Below the pieces are notes generated by a model. The model was not told the DNA's origin. It made no database searches and worked only from the letters and a program-made list of their open reading frames with translations. DNA of 28,463 nt from positions 1-28,463 of the forward strand of contig JBBQEB010000032.1 in the NCBI GenBank assembly GCA_038320275.1. Reading direction: 5' to 3'. A program made the position numbers and the translations under genes. Within the stretch, counting starts at the first letter, position 1; each line of letters begins with the position of its first letter. This document shows positions 10,933 to 21,956 of the stretch, one piece after another. Source of the DNA: Myxococcales bacterium (lineage in GTDB: Bacteria > Myxococcota > Myxococcia > Myxococcales > Anaeromyxobacteraceae).

Positions 10933-11805
10933 TCAATCGTCCAAGGGCTGGAGAGCGGTACGGTCGGCCCGCACCCCTTCATGTTGTGCAGCGTTGCCGA
11001 GCGCCGGGTCACCAGCCGCCATGGCCTCCTTCACGGGCAGAGCCGCCTTCTTCATGGGCACCGGCTCCGCCAGAAGCGGCCTGATCAGCTCGATCGGGAT
11101 CGGGAAGACGATGGTCGAATTCTGGTTCGATCCCATGTCGAGGAGCGTCTGCATGTAGCGCAGTGCCAGGGCCGCCGGCTGGGTCGAGATGATCTCGGCG
11201 GCGTTCGCCAGGACCTGCGCGGCCTGGAACTCGCCGTCGGTCGCGATGATCTTGGCTCGCTTCTCCCGCTCTGCTTCGGCCTGCCTCGCCAGCGCGCGCA
11301 CCATGGTCTCGTCGAGCTGCGCGTCCTTGAGCTCCACGGGGCCGACCTTGATTCCCCAGGGTTCCGTCTGTTTGTCGATGATGGTCCGGAGTCGGTCGTT
11401 GATGACGTCGCGGCTGCCGAGCAACTCGTCCAGGCTCGATTGCCCGAGGACCGAGCGCAAGGTCGTCTGTGCGATCTGGGAGGTCGCCTCCATGTAGTTG
11501 TAGACGCGGATGATCGCTGCCTGGGCGTCCGTCACCTGGAAGAAGATCACCGCGTTGACCTTCACCGTCACGTTGTCGGAGGTGATCACCTCCTGGGGAG
11601 GGACCTCGAGCGTGATCACGCGCAGATCCACCATGATGACGTGATCGATGCCGGGGAGGATGAAGAACAATCCAGGTCCCCTGAGCTCCTTCAGGCGACC
11701 GAGACGGAACAGCACACCTCTCTCGTACTCCTTGGCGATCCTCATGCTGGCGCCCACGAAGCCGAGCGCAAGGATGAGGAGAATCACGAGCGGAATGCCC
11801 ACCAT
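10933..11805 (-). CDS. SPFH/band-7 (stomatin/slipin) membrane protein
   Basis: N-terminal TM helix, then EYERGVLFRLG, QEVITSDNVTVKVNAV, AQTTLRSVLG, ARQAEAEREKRAKII, ALRYMQTL. GGAGG RBS before ATG 11805. Confidence 0.94.
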   Translation of the reverse strand: MVGIPLVILLILALGFVGASMRIAKEYERGVLFRLGRLKELRGPGLFFILPGIDHVIMVDLRVITLEVPPQEVITSDNVTVKVNAVIFFQVTDAQAAIIRVYNYMEATSQIAQTTLRSVLGQSSLDELLGSRDVINDRLRTIIDKQTEPWGIKVGPVELKDAQLDETMVRALARQAEAEREKRAKIIATDGEFQAAQVLANAAEIISTQPAALALRYMQTLLDMGSNQNSTIVFPIPIELIRPLLAEPVPMKKAALPVKEAMAAGDPALGNAAQHEGVRADRTALQPLDD

Positions 11806-12105
11806 GGCTCTTCCTCCGGCCCGATTGGACCTGGAATGTGTTGCACGTTCCTGGAGGGAGTCGAGTGCTCCTCGCTCGATGGCCATCGACGTCCTGACGT
11901 GAAGTGCGGCGTCGATCGGGCCGGAGAATGCGGGCGCAGCACCTCCTGCGCTCCAACCGAAACCGGCTCCTCAGATGGGAGGATGTACACTCACGTCGAT
12001 GGATACCAGTGCTGAGCCCGCCGCGCCGGACTAACCCCGGCCGGATTGGCGGTGCACTCCTCCGGCTCGGCCGGCGATGCAGCACCCACTGGCACGCCAG
12101 GCCGA

Positions 12106-13746
12106 TCAGCCGCCCGCTGAGCGCATCCGTCGATAGCGCCGGATGAGCGCGTTCGTCGATCCGTCGTGCTTCAGCGCCGGCTCCACGGCGCTGGTGAGCT
12201 CCGGGACGATCCGCTGCGCGAGCACCTTCCCCAGCTCCACGCCCCACTGGTCGAAGCAATCGATGCCCCATATCGTACCTTGCGTGAACACGTCGTGCTC
12301 GTACAGCGCCACCAGCCTGCCCAGCGCTGCAGGCGTGAGCCGGTCGAGCAGCAGCACGTTGGTGGGCCGGTTTCCGTCGAACTCGCGGTGCGGCGCGAGC
12401 CTGGCTGGCGTGCCCTCGGCCTCCACCTCGGCAGCGGTCTTCCCGAAGGCGAGCGCTTCGGCCTGCGCGAACACGTTCGCGACGAGCAGGTCGTGGTGGT
12501 CGCCGAGCGGGTTCAGCGCCTGGCCAAAGGCGATGAGGTCGGCCGGGACGAGGCGCGTCCCTTGGTGGAGGAGCTGGTAGAAGGAGTGCTGGCCGTTCGT
12601 TCCCGGCTCGCCCCAGTAGATGGGACCCGTGTCGACGTCGACGCGAGTGCCATCGAGGCGCACGTGCTTCCCGTTGCTTTCCATGGTGAGCTGCTGGAGG
12701 TAGGCCGGGAAGCGCTTCAGGTACTGCTCGTACGGCAGTACCGCCACGGTCTGGGCACCGAAGAAGTCGTTGTACCAGACCGAGAGGAGTGCCTTCAGGA
12801 CGGGCAGGTTCCGATTGAAGGGGGCGGTGCGGAAGTGCTCGTCCACCTCGTGAAAGCCGCCCAGCATGTCCCGGAAGGCATCGGGACCAATGGCGAGCAT
12901 GGTGGAGAGCCCGATGGCCGAGTCCATCGAGTAGCGGCCGCCCACCCAGTCCCAGAACCCGAACCTGTTGCCGGTCTCGATGCCGAAAGCCGCCACCGCC
13001 TCGGCGCTCGTGGACACGGCGACGAAGTGCCGCGCCACCGCTCGCGCGTCGCCGCCAAGACCGGCCAGGACCCAGTCGCGAGCCGTCCGGGCGTTGGTCA
13101 TGGTCTCGAGCGTCGTGAAGGTCTTCGACGAGATGATGAAGAGGGTCTCCGCCGGGTCGAGGTCCCAGGTGGCCTCGGCGAAGTCGGTGCCATCCACGTT
13201 GGAGACGAAGCGGAAGGCCATCGCGCGATCGGCGTAGTGCCGGAGCGCCTCGTAGGCCATGACGGGGCCCAGGTCGGAGCCGCCGATGCCGACATTCACC
13301 ACCGTCTTGACGCGCTTCCCGGTGTGCCCCTTCCACGCGCCGCTCCGGACGCGGTTCGAAAAGTCCGTCATCTTGTCGAGCACGGCGTGGACGTGAGGCA
13401 CCACGTTCTCGCCGTCCACCACGATTGAGGTGCCCCGCGGCGCGCGCAGCGCCACGTGCAGCACCGCCCGGTTCTCGGTGACGTTGATCCTGTCCCCGCG
13501 GAACATGGCGTCGATGCGCTCGCGCAGCCCCGACTCCGCCGCGAGCCGTACCAGGAGCGCCATCGTCTCGTCGGTGACGCGGTTCTTGGAGTAGTCGAGG
13601 AAGATCCCGGCCGCCTCCAGGGTGAGCCGCTCCCCGCGTCGAGGGTCCTCTGCGAAGAGCTCGCGAAGGTGCAGCGGCGCGAGCTTCGCGTGATGCGCGG
13701 CCAGCGCCGACCAGGCAGGGCGCTGCCGAGGTGGGGGCGGAATCAT
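12106..13746 (-). CDS. pgi: Glucose-6-phosphate isomerase
   Basis: [66 protein letters not shown] overlaps the tal stop (ATGA 13743-13746). Confidence 0.97.
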   Translation of the reverse strand: MIPPPPRQRPAWSALAAHHAKLAPLHLRELFAEDPRRGERLTLEAAGIFLDYSKNRVTDETMALLVRLAAESGLRERIDAMFRGDRINVTENRAVLHVALRAPRGTSIVVDGENVVPHVHAVLDKMTDFSNRVRSGAWKGHTGKRVKTVVNVGIGGSDLGPVMAYEALRHYADRAMAFRFVSNVDGTDFAEATWDLDPAETLFIISSKTFTTLETMTNARTARDWVLAGLGGDARAVARHFVAVSTSAEAVAAFGIETGNRFGFWDWVGGRYSMDSAIGLSTMLAIGPDAFRDMLGGFHEVDEHFRTAPFNRNLPVLKALLSVWYNDFFGAQTVAVLPYEQYLKRFPAYLQQLTMESNGKHVRLDGTRVDVDTGPIYWGEPGTNGQHSFYQLLHQGTRLVPADLIAFGQALNPLGDHHDLLVANVFAQAEALAFGKTAAEVEAEGTPARLAPHREFDGNRPTNVLLLDRLTPAALGRLVALYEHDVFTQGTIWGIDCFDQWGVELGKVLAQRIVPELTSAVEPALKHDGSTNALIRRYRRMRSAGG

Positions 13747-14837
13747 GGCGTCTCGCCGATGGCGGCGGCCTTCTGGGCGAGGCTCGCGAGCAGCTCCGTC
13801 CAGGACTTCACGAAGGACTTCGCGCCCTCCTCCTGGAGCTGCGCCGCCAGCGCATCGATGTCCACGCCGGCGCGGGTATGGCGGGCGATCGCCTCCTCGG
13901 CCTCCCGGCTGTCCACGGCGAGCGCCGCTCCGACCTCGCCGTGATCGGCGAAGGCAAGCAGCGTCTTCTCCGGCATCGTGTTCACGGTGTAAGGCGCTGC
14001 GAGCGCCTTCACGTAGAGGATGTCCGAGGCCTCGGGATCCTTCGTCCCGGTGCTGGCCCAGAGCACGCGCTGCGGCCGGGCGCCGGCATTCTGGGCGCGC
14101 TGCCATCGCGGCGATGCCTGGAGAGCACGCGCTGCGGTGAAGATCCGCCCAGCGATGGCGTTGCCCAACCGGCTTCTCAGCCCGGGAGGGACCTTCCGTG
14201 CCACCGCCACGTCCCAGCGGCTCACGAAGACGGAGGCCACCGACCGGATGTCGGGGTCGAGGCCAGCTGCGATGCGCCGCTCCACCCCGCGCAGCCAGGC
14301 GTCGGCGGCGGCGAGGTATTGCTCGCGCGAGAAGAGCAGCGTCACGTTCACCGGCACGCCGGCGAAGGTGGCCTCCTCGATGGCCGCGAGCCCCTCCTGC
14401 GTGCCGGGGATCTTGATGTGCAGGTTCGGTCGATCGGCGCGGGCGAACAGGCGCTTCGCAGCCTCGATCGTGGCGGCGGTGTCGTAGGCGAGCAGCGGGG
14501 AGACCTCGAGCGACACCCACCCATCGACGCCGTTCGTCCGCTGATGGATCGAGCGGAACAGGTCTGCAGCCCGTGTGAGGTCATCGATGGCGAGGTCGAA
14601 GAAGAGCTCTTCGCCCGTGCGGCCGGACTTCACGCCTTCTCGGATGGCGTCGTCGTAGGCGGCGCCGCCCCCGAGCGCGTGCTCGAAGATGGTCGGGTTC
14701 GAGGTGAGCCCGGTCACCGCGAGCTCATCGATGTATCGCTTCAGTATCCCCGAGCCGAGGAGGTCACGGGTGATGTTGTCGAGCCAGAGGCTCTGTCCCA
14801 GGTCGTGCAGGGCGCGGGTAGGATTCACGTTCGTCAT
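13743..14837 (-). CDS. tal: Transaldolase
   Basis: [25 protein letters not shown], Schiff-base lysine in [30 protein letters not shown]. Confidence 0.96.
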   Translation of the reverse strand: MTNVNPTRALHDLGQSLWLDNITRDLLGSGILKRYIDELAVTGLTSNPTIFEHALGGGAAYDDAIREGVKSGRTGEELFFDLAIDDLTRAADLFRSIHQRTNGVDGWVSLEVSPLLAYDTAATIEAAKRLFARADRPNLHIKIPGTQEGLAAIEEATFAGVPVNVTLLFSREQYLAAADAWLRGVERRIAAGLDPDIRSVASVFVSRWDVAVARKVPPGLRSRLGNAIAGRIFTAARALQASPRWQRAQNAGARPQRVLWASTGTKDPEASDILYVKALAAPYTVNTMPEKTLLAFADHGEVGAALAVDSREAEEAIARHTRAGVDIDALAAQLQEEGAKSFVKSWTELLASLAQKAAAIGETP

Positions 14838-14880
14838 CGCCCCACTCCTCTCGGATGTTCCAGAGCCAGGCCTTCCGGCC

Positions 14881-17241
14881 TCACCCCAGGTTCCACTTCC
14901 AGTCGCGGATCTCCGGCATGTCTTCGCCGTACGTGTCGATGTACTGCTTGTGCTCGAAGAGCTTGTCCTCGAGCTGCTGCTTCAGGTAGACGCCCCTGTC
15001 GCCGGTCTGCGGCAGCCGGTCGATGACGTCCATCACGAGGTGGAAGCGGTCGAGGTCGTTCAGCACCGTCATGTCGAAGGGCGTGGTGATGGTGCCCTCC
15101 TCCTTGTAGCCGCGGACGTGGATGTTTCCGTGGTTGGTGCGCCGGTACGTCAGCCGGTGGATGAGCCACGGGTACGCGTGGAAGGCGAAGACGACGGGCT
15201 TGTCCTTGGTGAAGAGCTGGTCGAAGTCCGTGTCGCTGAGCCCGTGGGGGTGCTCGGTGCTCGGCTCCAGCTTGAACAGATCGACGACGTTCACGACGCG
15301 GATCCGCAGCTCGGGCAGGCGCTCGCGCAGGATCGACACCGCGGCCAGGGTCTCCAGCGTGGGCACGTCGCCACAGCAGGCCATGACCACGTCGGGCGCC
15401 TTGCCCTGGTCGTTGCTGGCCCACTGCAAGATGCCGATGCCCTCGGCGCAGTGCCTGGCAGCGGCCTCCATGGTGAGCCACTGCGGCGCCGGGTGCTTGC
15501 CCGCGATCACGACGTTGACATAGTGGCGACTGCGCAGGCAGTGGTCCATCACCGACAGGAGACAGTTGGCATCCGGCGGGAAGTACACCCGCACGATCTC
15601 CGCCTTCTTGTTCACGACGTGATCGACGAAGCCGGGGTCCTGGTGCGTGAAGCCGTTGTGGTCCTGGCGCCAGACGTGCGAGGCGAGCAGGTAGTTGAGC
15701 GAGGCGATCTTCCGCCGCCACGGCAGGCCCGCGCTCACCTTCAGCCACTTGGCGTGCTGGTTGAACATCGAATCGACGATGTGGATGAAGGCCTCGTAGC
15801 AGTTGAAGAGCCCGTGCCGGCCGGTGAGCAGATAGCCCTCCAGCCAGCCCTCGCACTGGTGCTCGCTGAGCATCTCCATCACCTGGCCGGCCGGGGCCAG
15901 GAGCTCGTCGTTCGGTACGGTCGCGGCGTCCCACTGGCGCTTCGTGACCTCGAAGACCGCCTCCAGCCCGTTGGAGAGCGTCTCGTCGGGGCCGAAGATC
16001 CGGAAGTTCCGCCCCTCGCCGTTCAGCTTTGCCACGTCGCGCAGGAAGCGCCCGAGCACATGCGTGTCGCCGATACCCCTCACTCCGGGGGACGGCACGG
16101 CGACCGCGTAGTCGCGGAAGTCCGGCATCCGCAAGTCGCGCAGCAGCATGCCGCCGTTCGCGTGGGGATTCGCCCCCATGCGCCGATCGCCGGTGGGTGC
16201 GAGCTCGGCGAGCTCCGGCTTCAGCCGGCCCCGCTCGTCGAAGAGGTCCTCCGGCCGGTAGCTCCGCAGCCAGCCCTCGAGCAGCTCGAGGTGGCCGGGA
16301 TGGGTGGCGGGGTCCGAGATCGGCACCTGGTGTGCCCGGAACGTGCCCTCGATCTGCAGGCCATCGACCACCTTGGGACCGGTCCAGCCCTTGGGAGAGC
16401 CGAGGACGATCATGGGCCAGCGTGGTCGCGTGGTGTCGCCGTGGCTCCGTGCGTTGCGCTGGATGCGCCGGATGTCCTCGATGGCGCCGTCCAGCGTCGC
16501 AGCCATGAGCTCGTGCATCTTCATCGGGTCGTCACCCTCGACGAAGTGCGGAGTCCAGCCGTAGCCCCGGAGCAGCCCCTCCAGCTCCTCGCGCTCGATG
16601 CGGGCCAGCACGGTGGGGTTGCTGATCTTGTAGCCGTTGAGGTGCAGGACCGGGAGCACGGCGCCGTCGGTGACCGGATCGAGGAACTTGTTGGAGTGCC
16701 AGGCGGTGGCGAGCGGGCCCGTCTCAGCCTCGCCGTCGCCGATCACGCAGGCGACGACCAGCTCGGGATTGTCGAACACCGCGCCGAAGGAGTGGCTGAG
16801 GGAGTAGCCCAGCTCACCGCCCTCGTGAATGGACCCCGGACACTCCGGCGAAGCGTGGCTGGGAATTCCTCCCGGAAACGAGAACTGGAGGAAGAGCTTC
16901 CGCAGCCCAGCCACGTCCTGGCTGATGTCGGGATAGATCTCGCTGTAGGTGCCCTCCAGGTAGGTGTTCGCCACGACGGCTGGGCCGCCGTGCCCGGGAC
17001 CCGAGACGTAGATCATGTCGAGGTCGTACTTCTTGATGACCCGGTTCAGGTGCACGTAGACGAAGTTCTGTCCGGGGGTCGTGCCCCAGTGCCCCAGGAG
17101 CATGCGCTTCACGTCCGCGAGCGCCAACGGCCGCTCGAGGAGCGGATTGTCATAGAGATAGATCTGCCCCACCGAGAGGTAGTTCGCGGCTCGCCAGTAG
17201 GCGTCCATGCGCAGCAGGTGATCGTGCGTCAATGCGGTCAT
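14881..17241 (-). CDS. xfp: Phosphoketolase (xylulose-5-P/fructose-6-P)
   Basis: [39 protein letters not shown], ThDP motif GDGEAETG...[46 protein letters not shown]. Confidence 0.97.
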   Translation of the reverse strand: MTALTHDHLLRMDAYWRAANYLSVGQIYLYDNPLLERPLALADVKRMLLGHWGTTPGQNFVYVHLNRVIKKYDLDMIYVSGPGHGGPAVVANTYLEGTYSEIYPDISQDVAGLRKLFLQFSFPGGIPSHASPECPGSIHEGGELGYSLSHSFGAVFDNPELVVACVIGDGEAETGPLATAWHSNKFLDPVTDGAVLPVLHLNGYKISNPTVLARIEREELEGLLRGYGWTPHFVEGDDPMKMHELMAATLDGAIEDIRRIQRNARSHGDTTRPRWPMIVLGSPKGWTGPKVVDGLQIEGTFRAHQVPISDPATHPGHLELLEGWLRSYRPEDLFDERGRLKPELAELAPTGDRRMGANPHANGGMLLRDLRMPDFRDYAVAVPSPGVRGIGDTHVLGRFLRDVAKLNGEGRNFRIFGPDETLSNGLEAVFEVTKRQWDAATVPNDELLAPAGQVMEMLSEHQCEGWLEGYLLTGRHGLFNCYEAFIHIVDSMFNQHAKWLKVSAGLPWRRKIASLNYLLASHVWRQDHNGFTHQDPGFVDHVVNKKAEIVRVYFPPDANCLLSVMDHCLRSRHYVNVVIAGKHPAPQWLTMEAAARHCAEGIGILQWASNDQGKAPDVVMACCGDVPTLETLAAVSILRERLPELRIRVVNVVDLFKLEPSTEHPHGLSDTDFDQLFTKDKPVVFAFHAYPWLIHRLTYRRTNHGNIHVRGYKEEGTITTPFDMTVLNDLDRFHLVMDVIDRLPQTGDRGVYLKQQLEDKLFEHKQYIDTYGEDMPEIRDWKWNLG

Positions 17242-17302
17242 GCCGCTTCTCCCGTCCTCACGGCGCCCCTGTCCTCCACCGCCGCGACGCGCAGATGAAG
17301 CC

Positions 17303-18172
17303 TCACTTCGCGAGCCCCTTGCGCATCGCCTGCAGCTCCCGCCGGCGCTCTGCGTTGGGCTTGGGGAAGGCCATGTGCAGGCTGTGGAACGTCTCCAGGA
17401 GGACCTGGGCGACGATCAGGCGCGCATTCTCCTTGTCGTCCGCGGGGACGACATACCAGGCAGCGGCCTCCGTGCTCGTCGCGCCCAGGCAATCCCCGTA
17501 GGCCTCCATGTACTGCTCCCAGTACTTCCTCTCCTCGAGGTCGGCAGGGCTGAGCTTCCAGTTCTTGTCCGGCTCGTCGATGCGCGCGAGGAAGCGCTTT
17601 CGCTGCTCGTCCTTCGAGAGGTGGAGGAAGAACTTGAGGATCCGCGTCCCGTTGCGACGAAGATGCCTCTCCAGATCCACGATGGAGCGATAGCGCCCCT
17701 GCCAGACTTTCTCGTCGTCGAGCAACGTGTCCGGCAACCCCTCGCTGCGCAGGATCTCCGGGTGCACGCGGGCGATCAGCACCTCCTCGTAGTAGGAGCG
17801 ATTGAAGATGCCGATGCGGCCGCGTTCAGGCAGGGAGCAGGTGGTGCGCCACAGGAAGTCGTGCTCGAGCTCGCTCGGGCTCGGGTGCTTGAAGCTGAAC
17901 ACCTGGCAGCCCTGCGGATTGACGCCGGACATCACGTGCCGGATGGCGCCGTCCTTCCCGGCGGCGTCCATCGCCTGGAAGATGAGCAGCACCGCGTACT
18001 GATGGGACGCGTAGTGGAGCTCCTGCAGCGCCGCCAGTTCCTCCACCTGCTTCCCAAGAATCTTTTCGTAGTGTTTCTTCGACTTGTAGACCGGCTTCAC
18101 CGCCGTCGCCCACTTCGCCAGGTGAACCTTCCGCCCCGGGATCACGCGAAAGTCGTCGGTGTCCAGCTTCAT
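17303..18172 (-). CDS. ppk2: Polyphosphate kinase 2, probably class III
   Basis: Walker A region [12 protein letters not shown], Walker [42 protein letters not shown] overlaps the ackA stop. Confidence 0.93.
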   Translation of the reverse strand: MKLDTDDFRVIPGRKVHLAKWATAVKPVYKSKKHYEKILGKQVEELAALQELHYASHQYAVLLIFQAMDAAGKDGAIRHVMSGVNPQGCQVFSFKHPSPSELEHDFLWRTTCSLPERGRIGIFNRSYYEEVLIARVHPEILRSEGLPDTLLDDEKVWQGRYRSIVDLERHLRRNGTRILKFFLHLSKDEQRKRFLARIDEPDKNWKLSPADLEERKYWEQYMEAYGDCLGATSTEAAAWYVVPADDKENARLIVAQVLLETFHSLHMAFPKPNAERRRELQAMRKGLAK

Positions 18173-19389
18173 GGCGCTCCCTGTTCATGCGTTGGCGCGA
18201 GGACGAGCGCGCGGGACACCGACCTCGCGATCATCACCTGTTCGTCCGTGTGGATGACTCTCACCGTGGTCGGGCTCGCGTCCGCCGAGATCACGCTCGC
18301 GTGAACCCCGTTGCGCGCTCCGCTCAGCTCGATGCCGAGGAAGCCGAGCCCCTCGCACACCCGCGCTCGGACCGGCGACGCGTTCTCGCCGATCCCACCG
18401 GCGAAGACCAGCGTGTCGAGCCCACCGAGCGCAGCGGCGAAGGCGCCCATCCACTTCTTCGCCTGGTAGCAGAAGAGCGCCACGGCTTCCGCCGCCCGCA
18501 CGTCCTCGTCCTCCCGCGCCAGCAAGTCGCGCATGTCGGAGCTCGTCTCCGACACGCCGAGCAATCCAGACTCGTGGTTCACCATGTGAAAGTACTCCCT
18601 TGCGGTCATTCGCTCGGTGCGTTGCAGGTACGGAGCCAGCCCGGGGTCGAGGTCGCCCGACCGCGTGCTCATGGGCAGGCCGGCCGTCGGCGTGAACCCC
18701 ATGCTCGTGTCGATGCTCTTCCCGCCGCGCACCGCCGCCAGGCTGGCCCCGTTCCCCAGATGAGCCAGGATGACGCGGCCCTGAGCCGCCTCCGCGCCTG
18801 CCACCCGGGTGAGCTCCTCCATGAGGTACGCGTACGACAGGCCATGGAAACCGTATCGCTGGACGCCCTTCGCGTCGAAGCGGCGGGGGAGCGGGTAGAG
18901 CTTGGCGACGCGCGGCATGCTGCGGTGGAAGGCCGTGTCGAAGCACGCCAGCTGCGGCAGCTTCGGATGGCGCTGGCGGAACGCTTCGATGAGCTCGAGC
19001 TCGCGTGGGAGGTGGTCCGGGTCGCAGGGCACGATGCGGTACAGCTCGGCGAGCAGCTCCTGGGTGACGAGCTCAGGCTCGGTGTGCCTCATGCCGTGCA
19101 CCACGCGGTGTCCCACCGCCGCGACCGATTCGAACCCCTCCTGCTCCTCGAGCCAGCCGAGGAGGAGGTCCGCTGCCGATCGGTGATTGGCTACCGCGAG
19201 GGCGAGAGTGCCCTGCCCGTGCCCCTGGGTGGTGAAGGTCAGGTTGGCGTCGGGCTCGCCGATGCGGTCGATCTCGCCCTGGAGCTCCCGCTTCAGCGGC
19301 GGGCCGGCCTCGTACATGGCGAACTTGATGCTCGACGAGCCGCCATTGATGGTCAGGATGCGCGGAGTGGAGGGCTTCGTGATTGCCAT
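18169..19389 (-). CDS. ackA: Acetate/propionate kinase
   Basis: [64 protein letters not shown]. Start set at ATG 19389. Confidence 0.95.
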   Translation of the reverse strand: MAITKPSTPRILTINGGSSSIKFAMYEAGPPLKRELQGEIDRIGEPDANLTFTTQGHGQGTLALAVANHRSAADLLLGWLEEQEGFESVAAVGHRVVHGMRHTEPELVTQELLAELYRIVPCDPDHLPRELELIEAFRQRHPKLPQLACFDTAFHRSMPRVAKLYPLPRRFDAKGVQRYGFHGLSYAYLMEELTRVAGAEAAQGRVILAHLGNGASLAAVRGGKSIDTSMGFTPTAGLPMSTRSGDLDPGLAPYLQRTERMTAREYFHMVNHESGLLGVSETSSDMRDLLAREDEDVRAAEAVALFCYQAKKWMGAFAAALGGLDTLVFAGGIGENASPVRARVCEGLGFLGIELSGARNGVHASVISADASPTTVRVIHTDEQVMIARSVSRALVLAPTHEQGAP

Positions 19390-19481
19390 GGCGGTCCACC
19401 GGACCAATGTCGCGAAGGCCGAGGGCTCGGCAAGTCGCTGTCCGAGCGTGAACGCGATGATCCGGGGGCCGTCCGGGCCCG

Positions 19482-20252
19482 TCAGCGTGAGCCAGGAGGT
19501 GCGCCGGGAAGATCCGCTCGACCAAAGTGGTGGTACAGGCGCGCCTCGTAGTCTCGGTCGATCACCCTCGAGCTGTCCCACGGGGGACTGCTCTTGATGG
19601 CCTCTCGCCCGAGATCGACGTGGACCTCCCGCTTCGACCAGTCGACGGAAGTCGCCCAGTGAGGCGCGATCAGCACGTTCTTGTCTGCGGCCCACCAGTG
19701 TGAGGTGTCGATCGCGAGATAGCGCACCTCCCAGGTTTCATCATCCACGATGAAGTCTGCGACGTGTCCGATGTCGCCCTCGCTCCCGTGGATGTGGTAC
19801 CCGGTGACCTCCTTGGCGCTGCGCAGGTGCACGTCCCAAGCTGCTTCAGAAGGGGCATGCGGCGCCCCACTCCACATCCCGGGCGACAGTGACGCAGGGT
19901 AAGCTCCCGCGCCCCATATTCCCGCGGACCCCCAGTAGAGGGGGTATCGATAGTAGCTGTAGTAGTCGATCTCGAATTGCCGGGACACCGGCTTGTCCAG
20001 GTCGGCGCTGGGGCTCTTCTCGATCTTTTCCCGCGTCAACCCCAGGTGGATGCGCCGGGTCGACCAGTCGACTTCCTTGAAGAAGGCCGGCGAGATGAGC
20101 ACCTCTCGCCAGCTGAAGAAGCCGCCGGCCTTGACGACCAGATACCGTATCGTCCAGCGCTCATCGTCCAGCAGAAAGTCGGCCACGTCTCCCACGTCGC
20201 CGTCGGTGGCATTCACGGAGCATCGATCGAGGTCTCTCAGGCTTCTCAGCAT
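19482..20252 (-). CDS. Tandem PRC-barrel domain protein
   Basis: Two repeats of ATDG/EGDIGHVADFIVDDE.W.(I/V)RYL..., each followed by VLI.P..V.W..V.L.RE.I..SP. GGAGG RBS upstream. Confidence 0.92.
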   Translation of the reverse strand: MLRSLRDLDRCSVNATDGDVGDVADFLLDDERWTIRYLVVKAGGFFSWREVLISPAFFKEVDWSTRRIHLGLTREKIEKSPSADLDKPVSRQFEIDYYSYYRYPLYWGSAGIWGAGAYPASLSPGMWSGAPHAPSEAAWDVHLRSAKEVTGYHIHGSEGDIGHVADFIVDDETWEVRYLAIDTSHWWAADKNVLIAPHWATSVDWSKREVHVDLGREAIKSSPPWDSSRVIDRDYEARLYHHFGRADLPGAPPGSR

Positions 20253-20291
20253 GGTTGCACCCTCCGCCTCGCGGAGCCTTTCGCTTCACGA

Positions 20292-20307
20292 AGCAATGTG
20301 ACTGCCA
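20292..20307 (-). promoter_or_regulatory. Sigma54 (RpoN) -24/-12 promoter heading the PRC-ackA-ppk2-xfp-tal-pgi cluster
   Basis: Minus strand reads TGGCAG-TCACA-TTGCT, i.e. GG-N10-GC, one mismatch to TGGCAC-N5-TTGCW, about 40 nt upstream of ATG 20252. Confidence 0.75.
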
Positions 20308-20820
20308 CTTCCCCTCCAACCCGCGAACGTGACTCCTTCCCCCCGGCTCTACCGCTGGCAGGACAGGTCGTGCGCCTCCGGCCCTTCGAGCAGCAAATAC
20401 CAGCCGTCCTGCCCACCGTGGGACCGCCCCGGTGAGCGCATCGCTCGCTCGCTCGCTCGGCGGGGCCAAAATCCCCCTTCGCCGCCTTCCAGCCGGCTCT
20501 GGAATGCGTGGAAGTGAAAGGGTGAATTGCGTCTTCGTTCGAGCCCGGGCGCCTGCTGCCTTCACTGCAGGCGAAACCGGCTCACTCATCTGCAACGTCT
20601 GCACGGAACGTTGGAGATGCCAGGGGTGCGTCCCGGCGCGGGCCAGACATCGGGCGTGAGCACCCCGCGAACTATCGCCCCCACCCCTGCTCGAGCGGGG
20701 TGACCCTCGGCGATGGATCGCGATCTGGATGGCCGAAGGGAAGAAGCGTCGGCGAGCCCGTCGGGCGTTCACGGGCAGGCTCGCGGGCTCGCGGCGGTAG
20801 GCGCCGGTGGCCGGCCCAGG

Positions 20821-21330
20821 TCACCGAAGCGTTTCTTTCACCGAATCAGGGAGTTGGTCTGACTTCAGCAAGAGCAGGCTGACCTGCCAGAGCTCGGTGT
20901 CCGTCAAGGCGCCTTCGAAGCCGGGCATCCCGGTGAGACGAATCCCGTTCTTCACCTTCCAGTACGTCTCACCGACCGGGTCGTCGGAGACGCCCTTGTC
21001 CGGCGGCATGAGCTTCGGCGGGCGCGGGAACATGCCCTGCGCGACAGGGGACCTCGGTGCCGCACCGGGCGCGCCGTGACAAAGCGCGCAGTTCTCGCGG
21101 TACACCTTGGCTCCAGCAAGGAGGTTCGGCGCGTCCGCCGGGATCGGTGACGGGCGCTTCGCGTCCTGCCCCGTCGCGACCTGGAGAGCCCGGCCGGTGA
21201 CGAATCGCTCCAGCGGCATGGGTTGGCCGTTTCGCGCTGACACCGGCATCCCACCCTGCGTAAAGAACAGGAACTCGGCGACGAGGACCGCTGCGATTCC
21301 GACTGCAATCCCGAGGAGGAAGTTGACCAT
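20821..21330 (-). CDS. Membrane-anchored monoheme class I cytochrome c
   Basis: N-terminal hydrophobic helix, single CALCH motif, family-typical YWKVKNGIRLTGMPGF carrying the likely axial Met. Start could be up to 21384. Confidence 0.88.
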   Translation of the reverse strand: MVNFLLGIAVGIAAVLVAEFLFFTQGGMPVSARNGQPMPLERFVTGRALQVATGQDAKRPSPIPADAPNLLAGAKVYRENCALCHGAPGAAPRSPVAQGMFPRPPKLMPPDKGVSDDPVGETYWKVKNGIRLTGMPGFEGALTDTELWQVSLLLLKSDQLPDSVKETLR

Positions 21331-21545
21331 GGGGATGACGTATTCCGGACGCTCGAGGACCGCAGTCCTCATAGCGGACACCACTTGATCTGATCCCTGC
21401 TGCCGGCTCCGCTGTCAGTCGAGGGATCGTGAGCCCCACGCCACGATGTTCGCCGAGGCGCCGACCCAGCGCTGGGTCGGCGACACGACCGAGAACGTCA
21501 CCGGGCAAGGGCGAACTCCTGCTCGGCGTCATTGCCGCCGGCGTT

Positions 21546-21887
<342 letters not shown>

Positions 21888-21956
21888 TCACCTCGTGGGG
21901 GGACAGGGCGCCGGAGCGCCCGGGGGAGGTCGAGAGTTCAGGCGCGGCCCAGCCGC

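Noticed and set aside
7696..12015. Long plus-strand ORFs 7696-9855 and 10069-12015
   Set aside because: Antisense to tkt, gnd and SPFH, which carry clear family motifs.
11009..13336. 775 aa minus-strand ORF overlapping pgi and SPFH
   Set aside because: Alternative frame, Arg/Gly/Pro-rich low-information translation.
13747..14520. Apparent N-terminal extension making pgi 804 aa (similar extensions on zwf, ackA, amtB)
   Set aside because: Extensions overlap upstream genes or promoters out of frame; downstream starts with RBS or stop/start overlaps fit family lengths.
14689..17298. 869 aa plus-strand ORF
   Set aside because: Antisense shadow of xfp; typical of high-GC codon bias; no recognisable motifs.
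20432..20659. 75 aa ORF with CNVC...CQGC, and a (TCGC)4 microrepeat at ~20441
   Set aside because: No RBS or family resemblance; the repeat is too short to imply phase variation.
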